DNA from: Nitrososphaerota archaeon
Lineage (GTDB): Archaea; Thermoproteota; Nitrososphaeria_A; Caldarchaeales; Calditenuaceae
Assembly: GCA_038741355.1 (NCBI GenBank)
Contig: JAVYLC010000024.1
Span: 1,336-8,612 of the forward strand
Direction: 5' to 3'
DNA: 7,277 nucleotides
Shown one piece after another: positions 1-5,097 of this stretch. Each line of letters opens with the position of its first letter. Within the stretch, counting starts at the first letter, position 1. The translations under genes were made by a program, and so were the position numbers. The notes under the pieces were generated by a model. It saw only the letters and a program-made list of their open reading frames with translations. It did no database searches and was not told the origin of the DNA.

Positions 1-1221
1 AGGGAGGATACTCAGGTAGATAGGATCTTGGCTGGTGCCGAGAGGGAGAGGCTCGCGCCAATGGAGCTCGTCGACAAATACATGTTCAGCTTCTTCAACG
101 ACATGGACAGGCTCAACATTAAGAGGCCGACGATACAGCCCCGCGCGACGATGCATATAGTGGATATGTGGGAGGCGATCAGCAAGCTAATAGAAAAGGG
201 GCACGCATACGTCGTGGACGGAAGCGTCTACTTCGACGTCTCGAGCTATGAGAACTATGGGCAGCTCTCGGGTATTAGGAGGGAGGAGCTCGTCAAGCAC
301 AGGGTCGAGCCTGCGCCTGGGAAGAGGAATCCGGCGGACTTCGCGCTGTGGAAGAGAGCTGAGTCCGGCTATCTCCTGAAGTGGAATAGTCCTTGGGGCG
401 AGGGGTTTCCAGGCTGGCATATCGAGTGCAGTATAATGAGCATAAAGCATCTCGGGGAGCAGCTAGACATACACGGCGGCGGACAGGACCTGATCTTCCC
501 ACACCATGAGAACGAGATAGCTCAGTCGGAGTGCATCACCGGTAAGAGTCCCTTTGTGAAGTATTGGGTCCACGTGGGCTACTTGACCGTTAATGGTGAG
601 AGGATGTCTAAGAGCCTCGGCAACTACGTCTCGATAAAAGACGCCTTGAAGAGATACACGGCCAACGACATCAGACTCTTCATCCTCAGCACCCATTACA
701 GATCCCCCCTAGACTATTCTGAAAGCATCATGGACCAGTTTGTGGAGGTTAGGAGGAGGGTGGAAGGGTGCTATGCGAGGGTTCTCGAGGCCCTGGTGGA
801 GGGGGGTAGTGAGGGTAAGCCGAGCGGAGAGTTCTCCAGCAAGGTTGACAGTGTATTTGAGGGGTTCATAGCCAGCCTCGGTGATGACCTCAACACGCCC
901 CAGGCCTCCGCATACCTGATGGAGCTCGTCAAAACAGTGAATGCACTCCTAGACTCGACAAGAACTCAAACCAGCGGAGACTTGGAAAAGGCCAAACAGT
1001 CCCTCGCAGATGTATTCGAGATACTGGGTCTTAAGCCGCCTGAGCTGAAGGGTGATGGTGAGAGGCTCTTCTTAGTGGTTGACAGGGTTTTGAGGCTGAG
1101 GGAGGAGTTTAGGAGGGCGGGGGAGTTCAAGGTGGCCGACATGATCAGGGAGGCTTTAAGGGAGGCTGGCATCCAAGTAGAGGATACCGCGAGCGGCCCC
1201 AGGTATAGGGTCTTGAGATAA
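1..1221 (+). CDS. cysS: Cysteinyl-tRNA synthetase, 5'-truncated by the window edge
   Basis: Frame 1 is open from base 1, with no stop before the TTG at 28 used by the ORF track, so the gene begins upstream of the window. CysRS hallmarks are present: [30 protein letters not shown], and the class I KMSKS loop as RMSKSLGN. The N-terminal HIGH motif is missing, consistent with roughly 60-70 residues lying off-window. Stop TAA at 1219-1221. Confidence 0.95.
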   Translation, partial: REDTQVDRILAGAERERLAPMELVDKYMFSFFNDMDRLNIKRPTIQPRATMHIVDMWEAISKLIEKGHAYVVDGSVYFDVSSYENYGQLSGIRREELVKHRVEPAPGKRNPADFALWKRAESGYLLKWNSPWGEGFPGWHIECSIMSIKHLGEQLDIHGGGQDLIFPHHENEIAQSECITGKSPFVKYWVHVGYLTVNGERMSKSLGNYVSIKDALKRYTANDIRLFILSTHYRSPLDYSESIMDQFVEVRRRVEGCYARVLEALVEGGSEGKPSGEFSSKVDSVFEGFIASLGDDLNTPQASAYLMELVKTVNALLDSTRTQTSGDLEKAKQSLADVFEILGLKPPELKGDGERLFLVVDRVLRLREEFRRAGEFKVADMIREALREAGIQVEDTASGPRYRVLR

Positions 1222-1226
1222 AGAGG

Positions 1227-1404
1227 GTCTTGAGGTGTGCGGGGAAGATCAGATACAGAGATCGTTGCGAACTAGGTAGAGTACGGTCTACACGACAGAT
1301 CAATAGAGAGCGAACTTCTCCCATACTGCGAGAGGAATGGAATAACAGTGACAGCCTACAGCCCCTGGGGCAGGGTAGAATTCTTTGAAGAAGGGAGAAA
1401 ATAG
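1227..1404 (+). pseudogene. Aldo/keto reductase gene remnant (internal fragment, frameshifted and truncated)
   Basis: Frame 3 (1227-1256) reads VLRCAGKIRY, matching the AKR block ..GKIRYIGVSN. The match then breaks. Frame 1 (1276-1401, stop TAG 1402-1404) reads VEYGLHDRSIESELLPYCERNGITVTAYSPWGRVEFFEEGRK, matching the AKR block Q.eYsll.R..E.eLLPyC...GI.viAYSPL. The ~20-25 residues normally between the two blocks, the whole N-terminal half and the last ~100 residues are absent. There is no start codon. Confidence 0.65.
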
Positions 1405-1414
1405 GGGAGGGTTT

Positions 1415-1523
1415 GGCTGGGGGCAACCAACCAGAACAACATCAAGGAAACCCATAAGAAAGGCCGACGTAAATCTTTATGGCCGTATCTCATAGGATAC
1501 GGTACGGTACGCCCCCAGCCACA
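1415..1523. repeat. Perfect 10-bp inverted repeat (GGCTGGGGGC 1415-1424 / GCCCCCAGCC 1511-1520) enclosing 86 nt, followed directly by ACA; function unknown
   Basis: Read directly from the sequence. The enclosed segment holds two local hairpins: CCATAAG 1452-1458 / TTTATGG 1476-1482 (one G-U pair), and CCGTATC 1483-1489 / GATACGG 1496-1502 with a 6-nt loop. A GGTAC GGTAC tandem lies at 1501-1510. Confidence refers to the repeat existing, not to any function. Confidence 0.9.
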
Positions 1524-1635
1524 GTATGGCAGGGGAGAATGGTATTGTAGCAAATGCTGTCAAACCTTCTCTAACAGGGATAAATGCTCCAACTGCAACA
1601 GAGTATTAAGAAAAAACGAGAAGAAAGAGAAATAA
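1459..1635 (+). pseudogene. Start-less 4-Cys zinc-ribbon-like reading frame (possible frameshifted or decayed small-protein gene)
   Basis: Frame 1 is open 1459-1632 (stop TAA 1633-1635) and ends ...YGRGEWYCSKCCQTFSNRDKCSNCNRVLRKNEKKEK. This has W-x-C-x2-C ... C-x2-C spacing and a Lys/Glu-rich tail. The frame contains no ATG, GTG or TTG. The nearby ATGs are out of frame (1479 in frame 3, 1526 in frame 2). Confidence 0.3.
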
Positions 1636-1648
1636 GAGCGTCCCAGAG

Positions 1649-1658
1649 TTTTTAATAA
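1649..1658 (+). promoter_or_regulatory. TATA-box-like TTTTTAATAA, also readable as a T5 terminator tract
   Basis: This is the best TATA-like element in the gap, but it lies ~100 nt upstream of the next start codon (1752), unlike the ~27-31 nt spacing of the other genes here. It begins 14 nt after the stop of the zinc-ribbon frame, so an oligo-T terminator reading is equally possible. Confidence 0.3.
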
Positions 1659-1751
1659 GCGATGGTTGACTGTGATGTTCTACCCAGAGAGCTTATCAAG
1701 ATAGATTCTTTACGACGAGGCCTATAGGGCTTTTGAAGGTTGATGGTGTAG

Positions 1752-2459
1752 TTGATAGCGCTTATCCTCGCAGGTGGTTTGGGGAAGCGTTTAAGACCCT
1801 TGACTGACAAGACCCCTAAGCCTCTCATCGAGGTGGGGGGGAAGGTGATTGCTGAGTGGCAGCTCGAGTGGCTCATCAGGCACGGGTTTAGGCGGATAGT
1901 CTTCTGTGTGGGTTATCTTGCTGAGAAGTTTGTTGAGAAGTTCGGGGACGGCACCAGCATGGGGGTCGAGATACACTACTCCATCGAGAAGGAGCTGCTC
2001 GGCACGGCCGGAGGGCTAAAGAATGCTGAGAAGTTTTGTAGTGGAGAAGACAGGATGCTCGTGATTAACGGCGACATAATAACCAATATCAACCCAACGG
2101 TGACCATGGGGGCGCTTGGAGACGCGGTTGGCGCCATAAGCCTCGTCCCCCTGCCCTCCATTTACGGCATAGTCAAGTTTGACCCAAAAACACATCTGGT
2201 CCAAGAGTTTAGAGAGAAGCCGATAATCCAGGACTATTGGATAAACGCTGGGGTCTACGGGTTTACTGGCGAGATCTTTGATCTTCTGCCTGAGCGCGGT
2301 TCACTCGAAGTTGACGTCCTGCCCAAGCTCTCATCTCTGGGCAGATTAAGGGCGGTTCCATTCAGCAATGTATTCTGGAAGAGCATAGAGACCCATAAGG
2401 ATTTAGAAGAGGTTGAGAAGTTTCTGACCAGCATTGGAGGTGCGGCGGTGAGAGGCTGA
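1752..2459 (+). CDS. Sugar-phosphate nucleotidyltransferase (NTP_transferase fold, COG1208/GCD1-like)
   Basis: The N-terminus (L/M)IALILAGGLGKRLRPLTDKTPKPLIEVGG is the canonical G-x-G-t-R-L-x-P-L-T nucleotide-binding signature. GTAGGL and VINGDIITNI blocks follow. The TTG start at 1752 is forced because an in-frame TAG sits at 1749-1751. A weak TATA-like CTATAGG at 1722-1728 is ~27 nt upstream. Substrate specificity cannot be read from the sequence. Confidence 0.9.
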   Translation: MIALILAGGLGKRLRPLTDKTPKPLIEVGGKVIAEWQLEWLIRHGFRRIVFCVGYLAEKFVEKFGDGTSMGVEIHYSIEKELLGTAGGLKNAEKFCSGEDRMLVINGDIITNINPTVTMGALGDAVGAISLVPLPSIYGIVKFDPKTHLVQEFREKPIIQDYWINAGVYGFTGEIFDLLPERGSLEVDVLPKLSSLGRLRAVPFSNVFWKSIETHKDLEEVEKFLTSIGGAAVRG

Positions 2460-2478
2460 ATCCGCTAGTGGCTCAACG

Positions 2479-2486
2479 TTTTTATC
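2479..2486 (+). promoter_or_regulatory. TATA box (TTTTTATC) for the 107-aa ORF; its T5 run may also terminate the upstream gene
   Basis: It is centred ~27 nt upstream of ATG 2509, with no Shine-Dalgarno-like sequence in between (leaderless layout). It lies 20 nt after the nucleotidyltransferase stop. The same TTTTATC core occurs at the ard1 promoter. Confidence 0.5.
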
Positions 2487-2508
2487 TGGAGAAGACGTAG
2501 GTCTAAGT

Positions 2509-2832
2509 ATGAATGGGTCTGAAGAGGCGCGGCCAACTGTCGTCAAGATACTGCTGGAGAGCTTGACGGATATTGTTCTTCTTGCATCCTCGCTCCCTCT
2601 TTCTCTCCTGAATTACTCGGAACCGGATAGGGCTTATTTCATTGTAACTGGGGGCGTGTTAGGGGGCTTCATAGTCTACTATGTGAAGAATGCAGTGCCA
2701 CCCGGTGGACGATACGTTCATGTTGACAGGGTATCGGGAAAGTACTCGTTTGGGGATAATGTATCGCTCGAGCCTAACCATGTGAGCGTACTTGTTCTCA
2801 GAGTTAAGGAGCACGGGCTTGGCTCTTTCTAG
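2509..2832 (+). CDS. Hypothetical protein, 107 aa, no recognisable family
   Basis: ATG start at the expected distance from a TATA box. It is the only ORF of 60 aa or more on either strand across 2460-2828. It has two hydrophobic stretches (ILLESLTDIVLLASSLPLSLL and AYFIVTGGVLGGFIVYYV) followed by a polar C-terminal part. I recognise no catalytic or binding motif. Confidence 0.55.
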   Translation: MNGSEEARPTVVKILLESLTDIVLLASSLPLSLLNYSEPDRAYFIVTGGVLGGFIVYYVKNAVPPGGRYVHVDRVSGKYSFGDNVSLEPNHVSVLVLRVKEHGLGSF

Positions 2833-3332
2833 AATTTGAGGGCCATGACATATGCGTCTTCCCCATCGATATAGTAGTTTTTGGCGACCCGCGTGACTTT
2901 GAATCCGAGCGAGTAGTAGAGGTTTATTGCCTGGGTATTGGTCACCCGCACCTCTAGGTAGACCTCGTCACATCCATAGACTTTTTTCAGCACGTTGAGT
3001 GCTTCCTGCATAAGCGCCCTTCCAATTCCTCTCCTGCGAAACTCCGGCAATACGGCAATAGAGACTATGTGCCCCAGCTTGCGAAGCCTAAGCGTATCTA
3101 TCTTGGAGCCTCCCCACTCAACCCTGCACATGACATAACCCGCGATTGCGCCGCCCACATCCGCTACAAGAAAGCTCTCAGGATTACTCTTGAAGATCGA
3201 GTAGAAGAAGGAGTAGGAGTAGTTCTCTGGGAGGCATATCCTGTTGATGTTCATGATAGTTAGAATCTCCTCCTCCCTAACCGGCCTTATGACGCAGCCT
3301 ATATCGCGCGGGGCCGTCTCTGGTCTAACCAA
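2829..3332 (-). CDS. ard1: N-alpha-acetyltransferase, Ard1/NatA-like GNAT (RimI family)
   Basis: It is collinear, as I recall the sequence, with Sulfolobus Ard1: INRICLPENYSYSFF, GYVMCRVEWG, GHIVSIAVLPEFRRRGIG (acetyl-CoA Q/R-x-x-G-x-G/A motif), EVYLEVRVTN..AI.LY, and NYYIDGEDAYVMA at the C-terminus. The start is TTG (plus strand caa 3330-3332). Stop TAG is plus strand cta 2829-2831. Confidence 0.9.
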   Translation of the reverse strand: MVRPETAPRDIGCVIRPVREEEILTIMNINRICLPENYSYSFFYSIFKSNPESFLVADVGGAIAGYVMCRVEWGGSKIDTLRLRKLGHIVSIAVLPEFRRRGIGRALMQEALNVLKKVYGCDEVYLEVRVTNTQAINLYYSLGFKVTRVAKNYYIDGEDAYVMALKF

Positions 3333-3359
3333 CTACTGCCATAAATCCGCAGCACGGAG

Positions 3360-3367
3360 TGATAAAA
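3360..3367 (-). promoter_or_regulatory. TATA box (CTTTTATC on the minus strand) for ard1
   Basis: It is centred ~31 nt upstream of the TTG start at 3332 and shares its core with the box at 2479-2486. Confidence 0.45.
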
Positions 3368-3401
3368 GACTTCTCTCTATCCACCATGGAGGGTATCACG
3401 T

Positions 3402-3428
3402 GGGGGGTTGGGGTGGGGGTGGAGGGGG
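3402..3428 (+). other. G-quadruplex-forming tract G6-TT-G4-T-G5-TGGA-G5
   Basis: GGGGGGTTGGGGTGGGGGTGGAGGGGG has 22 G in 27 nt, with four runs of at least 4 G separated by loops of 2, 1 and 4 nt. It lies between the divergent ard1 and lig TATA boxes and ends 7 nt upstream of the lig TATA. Confidence 0.8.
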
Positions 3429-3435
3429 TAACCTG

Positions 3436-3442
3436 TATAATA
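3436..3442 (+). promoter_or_regulatory. TATA box (TATAATA) for the DNA ligase gene
   Basis: It is centred ~28 nt upstream of the GTG start at 3467, and no SD-like sequence intervenes (leaderless layout). Confidence 0.5.
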
Positions 3443-3466
3443 GTGGCGGGGCCCATCTAGCGGCTG

Positions 3467-5065
3467 GTGGGCTCCAGTTTCAGCGAGCTTGCGGAGCTTT
3501 GCAGTGCTCTCGAGGCGACGAGCAGTAGGAATGCGAAGATTAGACTCCTCTCCGAGTATCTGAGGAGGATACCGCTAGAAGACTCGAAGATAGCTGCGTA
3601 TCTCCTTCTCGGGCTGCCGCCTGACGTCAGGGGGAGGAGGCCGCTGAGCGTCGGCTGGTCAACCATCAGCGAGGCGCTCAACCAGAGGCCAACCTCGACC
3701 CTCGTTCAGGAGCCTATCACACTCCAAGACCTGTGGTCCTCGCTCAAGGCCATAGCCTCGATGCAGGGGTCTGGTTCACGGGCTAGGAGAGTGGCTGTCC
3801 TACAGTCCATCTTCCAGAGGTGTAGCGTGGATGAGCTTGAGTGGGTTTTGAGGATTCTCTCGGGCGAAATGAGGCACGGCGTGAACCACGGCTTGATGCT
3901 TGAGGCTGTCGCATCTATGGTTGGGGCGGATCCAGAGTTTGTGAGGAGGGTGGACATGCTTGTGAATGATATCGGCGAGCTCGTGAGGCTGGCCGTCGCC
4001 GGTGAGCTAAGGGGCGTCGAGCTGAAGCTCTTCCAGCCCGTGAGACCGATGCTCGCGGAGATGTGCGATAGGGTCGAGGATGCCATCACCCTCCACGGAG
4101 GCGTCACAAGTCTTGAGCCGAAATACGACGGCGTTAGGGTGCAGATACACATCGAGGGCCCGCGGGTCAGGATCTATACCCGGCGCCTTACAGACATTAC
4201 AGAGAGGATTCCAGACGTTGTAGAGCTTGTCCGCGGGGCTGTGTCTGTAGGGTCGGCTGTCCTTGACGGCGAGGTAGTTGCCGTCGACGAATCCGGCAGG
4301 GCCATGCCATTCCAAGAGACGATGCGGAGGGTTGGTAGGGAGAAGGATGTGCTGGAGGCCGTGAGGAGGATGCCCCTGAGGCTCTGGTTATTCGACGCGC
4401 TATACATCGACGGCGAGGTCCTGATAGACAAGCCCTACGAGGAGAGGCGTAGGAGGCTTGAGTCCATCGCTAGGCAGGACATACTTGCCCCGCGCCTCGT
4501 GGTCAGAGACTCAGTGGCCGCCGAGAAGTTCCTAAAACAGGTTATGGAGGAGGGGCATGAGGGGGTCGTGGCGAAGGATCCTAGGAGCCTCTATACTCCG
4601 GGGAGGAGGGGGTCTAAGTGGCTCAAGCTGAAGCCAGCCGACAGGCTTGATGTAGTGATAGTCGCGGCGGAGTGGGGGCATGGCAGGAGGAAGGGGTGGC
4701 TGAGCAACTATCATCTAGCTGTCCTCGACGAGGAGACTGGAGGGTTCGCCGTGGTGGGGAAGACGTTTAAGGGTCTGACTGACGAGGAGTTCCAGCAAAT
4801 GACTGAGCAGCTTCTCTCGATAAAGACGGGTGAGACGGAGTGGGGTGTCACTGTTAGGCCCGAGATAGTCGTCGAGGTCGCCTACAACGAGATCCAGAAG
4901 AGCCCACATTATGAGAGCGGCCTCTCTCTCAGGTTCGCCAGGATAGTTAGGATAAGAAGTGATAAAGGCCCGCTGGAGGTCGACACGCTCCAACGCCTCA
5001 GGACACTCTACCAGAGGCAGTTTGAGAAGAAGGGGCGGCCCCCGGGTGGTGAAGAAGCCACATAG
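3467..5065 (+). CDS. lig: ATP-dependent DNA ligase, compact 532-aa form
   Basis: The adenylation motif I EPKYDGVRVQIH has its lysine at residue 219. The other nucleotidyltransferase and OB-fold blocks are present: RPMLAE, LDGEVVA, LWLFDALYIDG, GHEGVVAK, KWLKLKP, GKTFKGLTDEE, LRFARIVRIRSDK. The GTG start is forced because an in-frame TAG sits at 3458-3460. Stop TAG at 5063-5065. Confidence 0.95.
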   Translation: MGSSFSELAELCSALEATSSRNAKIRLLSEYLRRIPLEDSKIAAYLLLGLPPDVRGRRPLSVGWSTISEALNQRPTSTLVQEPITLQDLWSSLKAIASMQGSGSRARRVAVLQSIFQRCSVDELEWVLRILSGEMRHGVNHGLMLEAVASMVGADPEFVRRVDMLVNDIGELVRLAVAGELRGVELKLFQPVRPMLAEMCDRVEDAITLHGGVTSLEPKYDGVRVQIHIEGPRVRIYTRRLTDITERIPDVVELVRGAVSVGSAVLDGEVVAVDESGRAMPFQETMRRVGREKDVLEAVRRMPLRLWLFDALYIDGEVLIDKPYEERRRRLESIARQDILAPRLVVRDSVAAEKFLKQVMEEGHEGVVAKDPRSLYTPGRRGSKWLKLKPADRLDVVIVAAEWGHGRRKGWLSNYHLAVLDEETGGFAVVGKTFKGLTDEEFQQMTEQLLSIKTGETEWGVTVRPEIVVEVAYNEIQKSPHYESGLSLRFARIVRIRSDKGPLEVDTLQRLRTLYQRQFEKKGRPPGGEEAT

Positions 5066-5072
5066 CTATAAG
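5066..5072 (+). promoter_or_regulatory. Weak TATA-like element (CTATAAG) for hmgA
   Basis: It lies immediately after the ligase stop and is centred ~29 nt upstream of ATG 5098. It is a poorer match than the other boxes, so read-through from lig is also possible. Confidence 0.3.
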
Positions 5073-5097
5073 CGGCGCCCAGTAGGTTGTGTGGGGT

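Noticed and set aside
883-930. C/D-box sRNA-like GTGATGA (883-889) followed by a CTGA about 28 nt downstream
   Set aside because: It lies inside the cysS coding frame (LGDDLN...). The C-to-D' spacing is wrong (about 12 nt is expected). No C'/D box pair or terminal stem is present. No other canonical RUGAUGA was found in the non-coding segments.
187-1172. Minus-strand ORFs 187..450, 293..502, 463..696 and 966..1172 inside cysS
   Set aside because: They are antisense shadow ORFs within a strongly supported CysRS gene. Their translations are Pro/Arg/Ser-rich with no motifs.
1415-1520. Reading the 10-bp inverted repeat as the terminal inverted repeats of a ~106-bp MITE
   Set aside because: There is no target-site duplication (flanks are ...GTTT and ACAG...). 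No second copy exists in the window, and no transposase is nearby. This cannot be excluded without the whole genome, but nothing here supports it.
1145-1876. Minus-strand ORFs 1145..1426, 1356..1553 (TTG start) and 1652..1876, plus 1791..1976, 1976..2161 and 2016..2204
   Set aside because: The first two are antisense to the AKR remnant and the decayed gap, and they have odd composition, no motif and no promoter at the right distance. The others are antisense to the nucleotidyltransferase gene.
3244-3528. 94-aa plus-strand ORF spanning the ard1-lig intergenic region (contains GGWGGGGGGN)
   Set aside because: It starts inside ard1 on the opposite strand, and its Gly run is simply the G-quadruplex tract translated. 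It runs across both TATA boxes and into the ligase gene out of frame.
3706-4431. Minus-strand ORFs 3706..4152 (148 aa), 4007..4315 and 4174..4431, plus 4532..4714 and 4715..4993, antisense to the ligase gene
   Set aside because: They overlap each other in different frames within the ligase CDS, and none has a recognisable domain or promoter context. They are shadow ORFs.
5089-5097. GTG 5089 as the hmgA start, as in the ORF track
   Set aside because: ATG 5098 lies three codons downstream, fits the ~29-nt TATA-to-start spacing and gives a typical archaeal HMGR N-terminus. The GTG would sit only ~20 nt from the box. This is a minor uncertainty and remains unresolved without N-terminal data.
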